64,000 nucleotides of DNA from Eledone cirrhosa. Its lineage: Eukaryota. The stretch is from positions 151,962,001 to 152,026,000 of the forward strand of contig OZ024740.1 of assembly GCA_964016885.1 (NCBI GenBank), read 5' to 3'. Below the pieces are notes generated by a model that had not been told where the DNA came from, did no database searches, and was given only the letters and a program-made list of their open reading frames with translations. Below are positions 26,325 to 41,970 of the stretch, piece by piece (the stretch's first letter is position 1; each line of letters begins with the position of its first letter). Both the position numbers and the translations under genes were made by a program.

Positions 26325-29300
26325 TCTTTATTTGCCACAGGGACGTACAAAAATGGGACATTACAAGACGTGACGGCGGGGGTTTTACATAAAAATAACT
26401 TTAACATTAATAAATAACAATAAACAATATATAATACAATAACAATTGAAATCCCCAATAGGGAGGTACGTTACTGCAGGGTTGTTTTACACCCCGTGGA
26501 TATATCAACCCTCAACACCAGGAACACGTTTTGTAGGTGTTCATGTCTTCCCTCTGTTCATCTTCCTCAACCTACAGGTTTATATACAGAGAAGGCCCAT
26601 TCACGCGGGCCATTTTCACCACATTCACCCACCTTTCAGCGAATTTACGGGGGTGTAGCACCTCTCTCTCCACTCTCACCTTCCTTCTGAAGTGGTACTT
26701 AAAGAAGGGGATAAGTTGTTGTCCGGAGAGAAAGGTTTTTGTCCTCAGTCCTTTTAACCTTGTCCACCATATTACCTCTTTCGCCATAGCCACCAGACAG
26801 AGGAAAACCGCCTCTCCTTCGTTCTTAAATGAAGGCGGCAGTGTGAACCTTACGATGGACTCGGCTGACAACTGGATGCGTCCTACACGTGACAGCAGCT
26901 GTTCGACATAATTCCACAGGTCGGTCACCCCTGGGCATTGAACAATTGCGTGCAGAATAGTTTCGATGTCCTGCTCGCATCTTGGACATGTCCTTTTGGC
27001 AGGGTCTCTGCCAGGGGGTCCGAGCCTGTAGATTTTGTCACGAACTGGTAGAGCTCCTCGGTAGTACTGCCAGGCCAGAGACCTCTGGAAGTTATCCATA
27101 TGCCCTGGACGGAAATTCCTCCCGAACAGACTGGCCAGTTCGTCCTCCTGGATGCCTAGAGTTCCCCCGAGAAAGTCGTTGCACTTATCCTCCACTAATC
27201 CCCTATAGAATGTCGAAGTGGAGTCTCCGCTGATTGCCGTTTCCACTTGGTAGAAGGCTGTGAGCGCCTGTAGGCACTCGAGGTGCCAGGTACCCATTTT
27301 AGGTCTTCGCTTGACCCAGGACTGCAGCTCTGTTAGTGAGACGAGTTGTGGAAGAGCTTGTCTCACAAACGACAGCCACACCGGTTCACCGGTCAGGAAT
27401 ACCTGGAGATGGCGTAGCCTCAGCGCGTGTTTGCGCATCATCAGCCATGGTATTCCCAGCCCTCCGTTAGAAGGGTGTTGACAGCAGATGGATCTCCTCA
27501 CCAATGGAGCCTGTTTCCTCCAGAGGAACTTGAAGAGTAGGCGTTCCGTTTAGGTAAGGTATTCGCGGGGGAAAGGCACGACTGTCAAGCGGTAGTAGAT
27601 GACGGACGCTATGTAAGTGTTCACCACCTCCGCTCGACCTTTCAATGAGAGTTTACACTCAGCCCACTTCTGGGTGACTGCAAACACCTTCGCCGTGACC
27701 TCGTTCCAGTTCTTGTCCACCTGGAGGTCTGGACCAAACCAGGCCCCGAGCAATTTCACCGGTCCTTCCGTCCAGCACCCAACGATACTGTCGGAAGGCA
27801 TGGGTTTGCCTCTCCATGTGCCGAGTTGCAAACCGACAGACTTGTTTGGGTTTAGTCTTGCTCCTGTCAACGTTTCCTATTCCTGTAATAGGTTGCCGAT
27901 TACCCCGATTTCCGACACCATTACGGTTATGCTTTCCGCAGTCCCGGTTCGAGCGGGATGCCCTGCAACAGCTCCAACTTCCGCAGTAACGGCCTGAGAG
28001 TCAGTACATACAGAATGGAGGCGAGAGGGCATCCCTGACGGATGGAACGCATGATTTGGAATCGCTCTGATAGGTATCCATTCTCGTTGACTGCCAAGCA
28101 GATGCTGGTGTGCATGGCAGCGATCCAGCCTCTGCAGCCGGGACCTAAGCTGGCCGCCTTGAGAACTGCTTCCAAGTATTGATGGTCGACCCTATCAAAT
28201 GCTTTAGACTGATCTAAATTGATCAGAGCCTCACCGAAGCCAAGTTTACACCCAACCCTCCCTATGATGTATCGCATGAAGTGGACGATGTCATGTATGG
28301 ACCTAGTCGGGATTGCAAACGTTTGCGCTTCCCCTACCAGGTTCTCGACGACAAGTGCCAGCCTCGCTGCTAACACCTTGGCCAAAATCTTTAACTCTGT
28401 GTTGAGCAGAGTTCTGGTCCTGAAATTACTTATCTCACCCACACTTGTTCTCATCTTTCCTGATCAACGTTACTGCGCCTCTGCCTACAGAACTAGAAAT
28501 CCTCTCGTTCTGCTTCTAGTTGCAGTAGACCGCTTCGAGGACGCCAGAGAACAAGTCTGGCATGCCTATGTAAAACTCATAGGGTAGACCATCTAAACCG
28601 GGTGATTTGCGTTTCCTGCAGCAGCCTAGGGCATCTTCTATTTCGCCCGCTGTGATCGGCCTTTCGCAGCTCTTACGCTATCGAGGTAGCAGCTGAAGTC
28701 CATCACCTCGCTCGATCTACCACTTTGCCCGAACAGTTGTGCAAAATGCTGCTGGAAGGCCGTGCACATCTGCTTGGATTCAAGTAAAATGCGTCCATCT
28801 TTGTCTTACAAAGACCGTATTATGGATTTGTTGCCACTTTTCGCCTCTACCACTCGGGCCCAGCTAACAGCTTTGGCTCCCTCGTTTCTTAGAGCACGTG
28901 TTCTACTTCTGACAATACAACCTTCGTGTTTCACGTTGAAGAACTTGTCTAGTGCCATTCTCGCCGCTAGCACGTCAGCTGTACTGCCATTCCTAAGTGC
29001 CTCTTTTATTTTAGCTACTAGTTCCTTTTCAGTTTTGTTTTTTTCTAAAGCTACTTCCTTGCTAAATGCTATCGATTCTATTCTAATTGCTCTCTTGAGA
29101 GAGCTCCACCACCTGTTGTTGACGATCACCCCCGTCAACTGGCACTTAACTAAGGTGTTAATCCGTTTACTGTAGGCCTTACACGCCGGGAGAGCCATGT
29201 TTAGTTTCCATTATCCGGGTCCCTGTCTATGTGTTCTATCAAGGTTGACTACGCAGGTGACTAATTTGTGGTCTGAATAGGCAACCATGTGCATTTGTGG

Positions 29301-30474
29301 ACAGCTTAATGTTTCCTTATCTTTCTGTCTAATTAAAAATCTATCTAAATACGATCTAGAAGACTCAGTTCGGTTGCTCCACGTCCACAGTGGTGCACTT
29401 GGGAAGTCTAGTCGATATCTATCAACCAGTTGGAATTGGCTGATGAGATTTTTTAGGCTATTACATCCCCCTCTATTATCACAAGTTCCTACATAGTCCC
29501 AACATGCGCCTAAGATGCTATTCCAGTTCCCCGCTAACACTAAGGAGCGAGACGTTCCCAGGAATGGCTCCAGACGCTTGAAGAACTCTGGTCGCGATGT
29601 CCCAGTCGGGGCATATACGGCCACCAGTCTGAAAGCTCCACCTTCACTACCATTCACGTCCAGGACCACCAGGCTGCCCTCCAGGTCCAAGTGAATCGTC
29701 TGTATTTTGAGATCCAAGTTTTTTCGAAACAGAACAGCAACTCCGCCTCCAGCTCCTGGCTGATAGAGAGATGGGTAGATCTCAAAATCATCGAACATGA
29801 GGGTTAGCTGCTGCTTGTCGTGAATCCTGGACTCATGTCACATCTATACAATGTGACCTGAGATCATTTAAAAGCTGGCCCTGTTTCCAGGACAAGCCCA
29901 GGCCACGTACATTCAAACATCCAGCTTGTATAGTCGCCATGCTGGTGAAGAAGAGTTAAGGAGAGAAAAGGCAAGAACACTTACCTTTTCGTTTCCTTGA
30001 GATCAGGTTGTTCGATCTCCATGTCCAGATTGGTGATGTTTGGGGAGGGAGGGAATCCTTTTAGCAGGACACGGTTAAGGGGTTTTTGGCAAGGGGGGGG
30101 GGGGCACATCATGTGGGAAGTTCGCTTTTAAAGTTTCACACTGTAAGGTTGTTACCCTGATATGTTTGAAGTGTGGGGGTGGGTCGTTGGTGGGGAAGGT
30201 TTTCCCTTCCGTTTGTATTGTGGGGTCCTTTCGGACAGTTTTCACCAGTTCTTTGTTTCTTGTTTTTATGTATGTGTAATGTGTTTTGTTTTATATGTGT
30301 ACTGTTTCTGTTTGTAGTTTTCTTTTTGTGGTTGGGTTTTGTGATTGTGGTGGTGTAGGTGTTTGTTTTATTGGTGAAGTGTCTGGTTGTGTTGGTGGTG
30401 TGGTTGTCGTTTGTGGCGGTATGTTTATGTCAGGGTTGGGTGTGTGCGTGTTTTCAGTTGATGTTTTTGTTGTT
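26325..30474 (-). mobile_element. Tx1/L1-clade LINE, long copy with ORF1 remnant and frameshifted ORF2
   Basis: APE domain (CLNVRGL, VAVYAP, AGNWNS, SYLDRF, SDHKLV), RT (NFRTRTLLNTELKILAK, DQSKAFDRVDH, RQGCPL), CCHC (CPRC...ETILHAIVQC); AATAAA then (TATC)n at the 3' end. Confidence 0.92.
26572..29940 (-). pseudogene. Tx1/L1-like ORF2 (APE endonuclease-reverse transcriptase), broken by stops and frameshifts
   Basis: ATG at 29940 (MATIQAGCLNVRGL); ORF pieces 29211-29798, 28806-29198, 27927-28454, 27550-27870 and 26572-27504. Confidence 0.9.
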
Positions 30475-30516
30475 ATAGATAGATATATATATATATATAT
30501 ATAGATAGATAGATAA

Positions 30517-32442
30517 CTTTCTATTTATTTGCCACCAGAGCATCAAAGATTGGGACAAATACAAGGGGGGGGGGGGGTTACATACATTTCAAAGGACGTG
30601 TAAAAACATATAACAAATCAAATTCAACAATCGAAGTCCTCAATAGATAGTTGACGTGGGTTGCACACACCCCCGAAAAAAATGTGCAACCCTTCTCCTC
30701 AGGAGCACAAAGAGCGGATGCACCCTTCCTCTCTCACCTACAGGCTGATATAGAGAGAAGGCCCATTCACTCGGGCCATTCTCACCACTTTCACCCACCT
30801 TTCATAAAACTTGCTGGAGTAGAGCACCTCTCTCTCCATTCTGATCCTTCTTCTAAAATGGTACTTGGAAAAAAAGGACCAGTTGTTGGCCGGAGGGAAA
30901 GTGTCTGACCTCAGCCCTTTCAACCTCGTCCACCATACAACCTCTTTCGCCATAGCTATCACACAGAGGAAAACCGTCTCTCCTTCGTTTTTGAAGGGGG
31001 GAGGCGGTTTCATCGTGACAATGTACTCGGTGGTCAACCGGATTGGTCCCACCCGCGACAGTAGTCGTTCCACATAGCCCCACAGGTCAGCAACGCCCGG
31101 GAAGTGTACGAATGCGTGCGCGACGGTTTCCTCATCACGAACGCATCTCGGACAGATCTTCTTCGAGGGGTCCCGTGTCTGTAGAGATTGTTCCGAACGG
31201 ATAGAGCTCTACGGTAGCACTGCCAAGCCAGGGACTGTTGGAAGTTGTCCACCGGTCCCGGGCCAAACGTTCTACCGAACAGACTGGCTAGCTCGTCCTC
31301 CTCCATGCCCAGAGCCTCTCAGAGAGCGTCGTTGCACTTGCTGCGCACCAAACCTCTATAGAATGTTGAGGTTGAGTCTACACTGATTGCCGGATCCGCT
31401 TGTGCCAGTCGCCCACTTTTCTCGGTCTTTGCTTGACCCAGGATTGCAGCTCGGTGAGTGAGACGAGTCTCGGAAAGGCTCGCCTAACAAAAGGGACACA
31501 CACTGGCTGACCGGTGAGGAATACCTGGAGGTGCCGTAGCCTTAATGCGTGTCTACGCATTGTCAGCCACGACATCCCCAGCCCTCCGTTCGAAGGGTGT
31601 TGACAGCAGATGGATCTTCTCAACAAAGGGGCCCGCTTCTTCCAAATGAATCGGAAGAGCGCGCGCTCCATTTTGGCAAGCGTTTTCGCTGGGCAAGACA
31701 CGACGGTCAAACAGTAGTAGATGACGGACGCTATATAGTTTGCACTGGGCCCACTTCTGGGCAAGTGCAAACATCCTGCCCGTTACCTCGTCCCAGCGTC
31801 CGATGACGCCGTCGGAGGGCATCGGTTTGCCTCTCCACGTTCCGAGTTGCAAACCGACAGATTTGTCCCGGTTCAGCCTGGTTCCTGTAAACCTTTCGTA
31901 TTCCTCCAGTAAGGTGCCGATCTGCCCGATTTCCGAGGCGCACGACACCATTACTGTCAAGTCGTCGGCGTAAGCCGACACCGCTTTCCGCAAGGAGATA
32001 CCCAGCAACAGCTCCAACTTCCGCAGTAGTGGCTCGAGAGCCAGCACATAGGAAGGAAGGAGAGAGGGCGTCTCTGTCGGATAGATGGTGCGACTTGGAA
32101 CGGCTCCGAGAGGTAGCCGTTCACCTTGACCCTCGAACAGGTGTTGCTGCTGTGCATTGCAGCAATCCAGCCCCTGAAAACGGGTCCGAAGCCTGCCGCC
32201 GCCAGCACCGCATCCAGGTACCGATGGTCGACCCTATCGAACGCCTTAGATTGATCCAAGTTGATCAGGGCCCCACCAAAGCCGGGTTCGTTCCCTACCC
32301 TCTCTACGATGTATCGCATGAGGTGGAGGTTGTTGTGTATGGACCTGGACGCGATTGCGCATGTCTGTGCTTCTCCCACCAGGTTCCCGACGACAAGCGC
32401 CAATCTCTTCGCTAACACCTTGGCCAAAATCTTTAACTCTGT
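30517..32442 (-). mobile_element. Second, 5'-truncated Tx1/L1-clade LINE (related subfamily)
   Basis: ELKILAKVLA, DQSKAFDRVDH, SAYADD, GGLG motifs; same 3' end GTGGCAAATAAA followed by (TATC)n. Confidence 0.9.
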
Positions 32443-32862
32443 GAACCTAAGCTGTGACACTTAAACGTCAATTTCATTATAGAGTTTACAGCTTCAAAGA
32501 AGGTGTGCTATTTTTCTCTGCCTTAATACAAGGGCCGGCGTTTTCAACCGTTGCCCCACGTGCTAAATAATTCTGGATAACATCTAGACAGCCACAATCT
32601 ACAACCATGTAGCTTATCCCCACCCCTCATTATAAAACTTTCCCTCCTACAATATCTATCTAGCACCCAAGAAAACGTTTCCTGGCCACATAATATATTG
32701 CCCAACTCTAAACACGAACAAGTTATTTCTGTTTTGCACAAGACTTAGTGAGATTTAATCCCTCCACCTTATCCAATTGACAGCGTAACGTCCCAAGATC
32801 CCACTCCTTCTATGAGAACTCTCTGGTAAAATTCTAATCCTAATAACATCCGTTTCAAAGAA

Positions 32863-32918
32863 GTCGGCCTGACGAGCTGCGGAAACAATAATTTCCCTGT
32901 GAAACACGCGTATTCGAC
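32863..32918 (+). ncRNA. Type I hammerhead ribozyme motif
   Basis: GTCGGC-CTGACGA-gc..GGAAA...TTTCC..gt-GAAAC-ACGC-GTA-TTCGAC; one stem I mismatch; ~50-nt tail then (TA)n. Confidence 0.7.
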
Positions 32919-32965
32919 AGACGAATATGTGAATTTAACCTGAGTGTTCTGCTAACTTTGGATAT

Positions 32966-33090
<125 letters not shown>

Positions 33091-33514
33091 AGGGAGACAA
33101 AAAACAGAGGTACAAAAGCTCTTATTAGTTTCACGCTTTATATTGGAAAGAGGGAACACTTTTTGTACCTCTGTTTGTTGTCTCCTTGAACTATATTTTC
33201 CACGTTTATGCGGCAATCTTTGTATTTCGAAGCTGGATATTTACCTACGCCTTGTGACTGCTCTAATTTACCATCCTGTCCAGCCACCCGGATTACCCAC
33301 GGACCTCGAATATTTGGAAGACCTAATTGGTTTTTTCGTTGCTTTGGTATCATGTGGCTGGGCTTGCCTGTCACAGTTTTCAATTTGTCAAGCTATCTCG
33401 TGTATGTTATTACTCTAAGGTGACCAACCTTATCGAGTGCTTTGCTGCACATTCCTAATTGTATATCGTTAGCTTGGCTACAGCCAAAACTCTTCGATTT
33501 ACTAAACTCCCATT

Positions 33515-33563
<49 letters not shown>

Positions 33564-33586
33564 TGGGCGCTTCAGTTTATATATAA

Positions 33587-33620
<34 letters not shown>

Positions 33621-33632
33621 GGCGCTTCAGTT

Positions 33633-33683
<51 letters not shown>

Positions 33684-34226
33684 GTCTGTGCATGTGTATA
33701 TACATATACTCATACATATTCAAATATTTAGTTGTCGGTATTAATCAACACATTTAATACTGAATATCCAGTTCATTTAAAAGCAGTGAGTGATCAAATA
33801 TGTGCGACCTATAATATTATTATTATAATTCACCAATTATCACCCTTTCTCTCTCTCTATATATATATATTTAGAGAGAGAGAGAGACAAAGGCAGAGAG
33901 AAAAAGAGAGAGAGTATGTATGTGTATGTGTTTGTGTGTGTGTGCGTATGTGTGTGTGGGTGCGTGTGTATGTGTGTGTATGTGTGTATGTGTGTATGTG
34001 TGTATGTGTGCGTGTGTTTGTAAGAAAAGCTTGGTACATTAAAATACATTTGAAAATTATAAGAATGACTTTTGATCATAAAAGATTAAAATTCACCAGA
34101 AACATCATTCTTATCGTTCAAATCTCGCACAAATCAAGAACTTTGCTAAGCCAGAAAAACATTAACGAGCTCGAGATCGTACTGATCTATCTATCTAACA
34201 CATACTGTCCCTCATTCTTTCTCTCC

Positions 34227-34272
<46 letters not shown>

Positions 34273-34293
34273 ACATATATATATAGAGAGAGA

Positions 34294-34368
<75 letters not shown>

Positions 34369-34486
34369 TGTGTTGTGGACGACGATGGTGTTTTGTTTTT
34401 GCTTTTGTTGTACATTTTCCTTGTTTTACCTATGAGAATAAAGGAAACTGGCATTCAGAAATGCATACAGAAAAACATACATACAT

Positions 34487-34526
<40 letters not shown>

Positions 34527-34647
34527 TTAATGGTAGCTATGATGCTTCCATAGGCGGTATGCCAGTTGAGCACTCTATGTTCCTACAGAGCAGACTGTGA
34601 TATAATATAAAACGAAAAATCAGTGATGCATCTGGACTCAGTTTATT

Positions 34648-34897
34648 GTGTGTTACAATTGTTTCGTCGGCAGATAGCTCGAGACATGATCATTGTATGG
34701 ATCTGTCTGATTCTAGATCTGCAGGTTCTTTGGATACATGCAATACTTTCGGAACAAATTTTCTCACTGGGGTGTTAGCTTCAAAAAATATCTTCCTCTC
34801 TTGTCTTGCTATTGGCTGTTGTTTTTCTACGTCATCATAAAATTCTGGTCAATATTTGCTGCCATACTTGCCATCAGTTACTCTCCGTCCGACACAC
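34648..34897 (-). ncRNA. Degenerate hammerhead with a very long (~220 nt) stem II region
   Basis: Minus strand GTGTGT-CGGACGG (two changes from CTGACGA) ... GAAAC-AATT-GTA-ACACAC; perfect 6-bp stem I, palindromic ACAATTGT stem III. Confidence 0.4.
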
Positions 34898-35469
34898 CTC
34901 AATGGACTTATGTTGGGTTTGGTATTTCACAAGTCCGCGCACAAACGCACATATATACCCACACATACACACACACGTATATACACATACAAACACATAT
35001 ATACACATACACACACGCGCACACATACATATATACGCATACACATATGTACACACACATATGTACATATACACACCCATATACATATACACACACACCC
35101 ACACACGCCCACGACCATATACATACCAAGATACACGTTCACAGGCGCCTGCCTATATGCCCTCGTACATCCGCTCTCACACGCACGCAAACGCGCGCAC
35201 ACACACACGCACACACGTACGCGCATACAAGGACAAATACCTGCGTACGCGTACATTTGCTCATATACACAAACACGTACAGACATATACATAGACACAC
35301 ACACGCACATATACACACCTGTCCTTATAGAGAGGCACAAAGATATATATATATACATAAAAATACATATATATATATGTATGTAAAAGTTCTATTTAAA
35401 TTGTTGGGATACAACAAGCAAATATTTTTATAACTGATATAAAGCACTCAACAAATATTTGAAGTAAAA

Positions 35470-35809
35470 ATACGATATTAACAAATGGAAACTATATTTA
35501 TAAAACCATATTTATTTCATTATACATATTTCAAGGACACAATTATGGTGTGCCTTCAACAGATAAAATATAATATAGATCAGTTTTATAAATAAATATT
35601 GACATACCCTTAAAGAATGCAACTATCCGGGAACTTCCAACAGTAATGGTTGCATTCTTTAAGGGTATGTCAATATTTATTTATAAAACTGATCTATATT
35701 ATATTTTATCTGATGAAAGCACACCATAATTTAACTTGGTGTCCTTGAAATATGTATAATGAAATAAATATGGTTTTATAAATATAGTTTCCATTTGTTA
35801 ATATCGTAT
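35470..35809. repeat. Long palindrome (~155-bp arms, 25-nt spacer) containing a degenerate hammerhead
   Basis: 35470-35623 is the reverse complement of 35649-35809; the right arm has CTGATGA (35710)-ACACCA..TGGTGT-GAAA-TATG-TA. Confidence 0.85.
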
Positions 35810-36484
35810 GTATATATGTATGTATTTTTATGTATATATATATATATATGGGTGTGTGTGTATTTATGTATGTTTTTCTGTATTCATTTCTGAATGCCAG
35901 TTTCCTATATATATATAAATTTCCTATATACATATAAATACATACATATATATATATTTATATATATATATATATATGAAAAAATAAAGGGTGTGCAGAT
36001 GATGATAATGATGATGACGGCGTGGATGAGGAGGGTAGAGGAGAAGGTAGAAGGGGAAGGGGGAAAATAATGACGACGACAAAGAAACAAAAAAAGTCAA
36101 AACAATAGATAGAACAGAACTCATGAAAATGTTGAAGTATTCGATGATAGAATACGTTAAATACGAAAGTCAAATAAGTAAACAACGAAGTACTGGAGTA
36201 GAAAATATACAAATTAATAAAGTATCTGATGTGATAGCTATGATATAAACAAATGAATAAAGTATATGACACGAACAAGCATATATATATAAAAATACAC
36301 ACACACACACACACACCCACAAATTCACACATACACACATACGACCATACACACAAACATATATATATATACGTGTGTTTGTAGAAATTTATATATATAT
36401 TATATATATATATATATATACTTATATATAATATATAACATATATATACTTATATATAATATATATCATATATACATAGTTTTA

Positions 36485-36641
36485 ATATAGAAGAGCTTCT
36501 ACAGGACTAGAACTGTTTCATTCATGAGAAATGAAACAGCTCTAGCCCTGTAGAAGCTCTTCTGTATAAAAACTTTTATACTCTGCTATGTATTGAGTAC
36601 CTTACTTACTGTGGTTACTTCCGATTCAACCCGGAATAACT
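36485..36641. mobile_element. Fold-back copy of the 18392 hammerhead family plus 3' tail
   Basis: Hairpin 36485-36567 centred in stem II; tail TGTATTGAGTACCTTACTTACTGTGGTTAC...GGAATAACT as at 19551-19603. Confidence 0.8.
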
Positions 36642-36975
36642 TATATATATACATATATATGTATAAAAAAATATATATATTTCGTTTCTGAATTTGTTTA
36701 GCAAGTTTCTTTATCTGAAATCGTGTGTTGAAACCGATATTGTTATACTTTGGGAGGAAAGAACTTTGACAATATATAAACAACTATCTGGTTGTGGAAC
36801 CAACCAACCAACCAGAAATTTATAAATTCCTAAATTTATAAATTTATTATAATAAATTGAAGTGAAAGCAACTGGTGCGTGTGTTTCTTATTGGCAACAT
36901 GACCCTCCCAAAGTATAACAATAAGCGATGAAATGCCTATGATAGTTGGAAGATCACTGATGAAGGACAAACTTT

Positions 36976-38488
<1,513 letters not shown>

Positions 38489-38716
38489 GCCTCATAACCC
38501 CCTCTACAACACACAATTCACAATTGCATACATGTCAAAGACCGTTTAAATGTATGCAAATGTAAAAATATATATATATATTACAATGGAAAGCTGAGTG
38601 TGTGTGTATGCGTGTGTACGCGTACATGCGAACGCGTATATGTATTCGCGTATGTGTATGTATATATATATATATACAACCTGTCTCATGGTCGGGTCGT
38701 TGGCGACTAAACTGGC

Positions 38717-38799
<83 letters not shown>

Positions 38800-39128
38800 T
38801 ATTTTTACATTTAAACGGGCTTTGACATGTATACAATTGTGAATTGTGTGTTGTAGAGGGGGTTATGAGGCTTTTATATTTACTATAATGTGTAGTTACG
38901 ATATGCGATTGTATGTATGGGAATGTTAACGTATCGATAATGTGGAATAGAGAGTCAGTTATGTGTATATTATTTTGAGTGCATGTTCATTGGTATTTGT
39001 ATACTTTTGAAAATATTTTGTAGCAAAATTTTGTTTTAATTTACAATTCTGTATATATGTTTTAAACACAATATCTCTCTCACTATTCATTGGTCTCTCT
39101 TTATTTGTTACTCTCTCTCTCTCTCTCT

Positions 39129-39258
<130 letters not shown>

Positions 39259-39324
39259 CTATATATATACTCTTACTCTTTTACTCTTTTACCTATTCCA
39301 GCCATCCTGCCGAGGCCATGCTGG

Positions 39325-39381
<57 letters not shown>

Positions 39382-39446
39382 GTATATAAATATATTATAT
39401 ATATATGCGTGTGTGTATATATGCCATATACACATATATGTATATA

Positions 39447-40012
39447 TGGTGGCTACCAACTCGTTTTCGAGTACGGCCACTACTTTATATCCATGTAGGA
39501 GAACCGCTACCGATGCGCTGAACGAGTGACTTTTTAGTCCAGCCAGCGACTTTAAAACTCTGGTACAAACACTACACTTGTGACCATTATTGACACATAG
39601 TGCTGGGTCCATGGTACCATGTGACGACAAGTGCAGAGAGATCTCCAGATATAAAGCAATGCCTGTGCCGTGAAGCTTTTATAGTGAGCAAAGGCACTGC
39701 ACAAAGCCAGCCCCACTCTCTTAACCAAGATGATATTTACCAAAAAGAAGAACAAGTCAACATCATTGGATACCATCAGGGTTGCAGGTGTTATATCAGA
39801 GTTTTCCTTCTCCTAGAATTCTATGTTGACAAAGGCTAAGGGGTCATCTCTCCCGGTGATTTTGGATGGCCATTGACTCTTAAGAGCTCCTTTTCCCTTT
39901 GACAGGTTTTGTTTTTAGTCCTGCAGTATGTCCAAAGTCACCCTCCTCACCAAGAAACCTTGGTGGGGTTGCCAGTTTAGTCGTCAACGACCCGACCATG
40001 AGACAGGTTGTA
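39447..40012 (-). mobile_element. Non-autonomous RTE-derived element, slightly 5'-truncated
   Basis: Reverse complement of 2527-3094 at high identity. Confidence 0.85.
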
Positions 40013-40707
40013 TATATATATATACATACACATACGCGCATACATATACGCATTCACATGTACGCGTACACACGCATACACACACACTCAGATTTCCATT
40101 GTAATATGAGAAAAATGTTGCTATTATTTCTAGCAAACCCACTAAAGACTTAGAAGCTCCCTCATTTGGTTACCATGCCACATCATGTTTCCTTAACTAT
40201 CGATCATGTTGTAGAAGTTCGTTGTGCTATACACCATGTCTTGAACATTCAAACCTGGCAGAGACCATCATTCTCGACGTCTGAACATATACGAATTCTT
40301 TGAGATGAAAGTAAGAAATAAAGAGGAAGAATCATCTCCAACACTAACAAAGTAAACATTGTCGGGATTTGAACTCAAAGCGCAAAGAGTCAAAATGAAT
40401 ACCGCGAAGCTTTCTAGCCGAGGGTCGAACAATACTGCCGACTCGCCACCTTCACACCTTGGCTAATAATTGCAAATTGATACACAATGTACTACTATGG
40501 CTATGACTAGAATCGTGTATCTGTGATGCTAGCTCAGCAATTCTGGGTCCATATCTAGTTCTTGGTTGTTCGTACATTATTATATGAAATGTAATAAGTA
40601 GCTCACTTGTATTTTGCATTTCGAGCGTCGAAATAAATCGTCCATTATCAACTCACACGTCCCGGTTGAATAGTGACTTGAGCTTAGATAAGTTTCGATC
40701 CGTTATC

Positions 40708-40741
<34 letters not shown>

Positions 40742-40761
40742 TATTTATGTGTGTGTGTGTG

Positions 40762-41060
40762 AAGGTGCCTGGCTTTATGTTTTGGATTCTAGGCTCATGA
40801 TCGTTTGTTCGATTCCCAAACCTAGCCGCCTTTGAGCAATACAGTTATTTCGTGTTGTTTCAGTTCGTTCAGCCGCCAAAAATTAGTTGTACCTGCAATT
40901 CAAGAGGTCTGCCATATCACACACCGTCTCATGATGTATCCACCTTAAAGATATATTACAAGTGCCCTTCAGTTCACTTATACTTTAATTTCTCGAGCAT
41001 GATGGTCCGTTATTCATAAAACTAGAACACGCGTCGTCGGAACCGACAGAAATCCAACAT
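40762..41060 (+). mobile_element. CORE-type SINE, degraded
   Basis: Homology to 7029-7345. Confidence 0.6.
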
Positions 41061-41689
41061 AGATATATGTGTATATGTGTATGTATTTATGTGTCTGTGT
41101 GTATGTGCGTGTGTGTGTGTATGTATGTATGTGTGTGAGGGGGGAGGTGTACATACATGAAATTAAATTTCTGCGTTAATTGGAATACACGTTTAAGTTC
41201 AAGTTCTGAAGGGGTGGCATTATCGCATACGGTGGATGTCTAGAGATGAGAAGTAGAATATTATATTGCATGACACAATTACAAATATATTTTGATGTGT
41301 AAAATACTATTTAGTGTTTATACCGTATAAATATACTTCGAATATATTTAATCTTGGAGCAAAACAAAATTAATATTAATATTTATTACCACAGGCAAGT
41401 CAAAATCTATATTCATTATCCAAATTTCGAAATTGTGTGGCGTTATGTAAAGTAAATAAAATAATTCATATATTCTAACTGTCCTCGCCTATATTATAGC
41501 GATGTAAATATGACACTTATAGTATACCCATATGACATATTGCGTTGTAGTCTTATGTATATATATATAAGAAAGCAAAAGCAGAGTTGGAAGTTATTGT
41601 ATGTTCAGCTAAGTATATTATGTCTGGGAATACACAAGATACATATGTTTATGTGTTTGAGTAAAAACGTATGAATGTTGTTGTTGGTT

Positions 41690-41970
41690 GTTGGACCTCC
41701 GTCGGTACAACCGTTGAATATTCCAGTTTTTATAAAAATGGGACAGCCTGTTCGTTAAATGAACGTGCAGAGCGCCTAAGCATTCAACTGACTCATGCTC
41801 ACTTAAAATAATTCTTACAGATGTTCAACATGAGGCTTGCAACTCTTTTTTGCCAGCTGATTGGACTATATCAACGTGGAGTTAAGTGTGTTGCTCAAAG
41901 ATCAATGCGCATCAAACTCATGACTTTATGTTCCCGAATCCAACACATTAACCATTAAACCAAGCATCTT
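41690..41970 (-). mobile_element. CORE-type SINE, degraded
   Basis: Reverse-complement homology to 7029-7345. Confidence 0.6.

Noticed and set aside
33556-33640. Direct repeat CACACTGGGCGCTTCAGTTTATATATAAAT x2 as a CRISPR-like array
   Set aside because: Only two units separated by microsatellite in eukaryotic DNA; a slippage duplication
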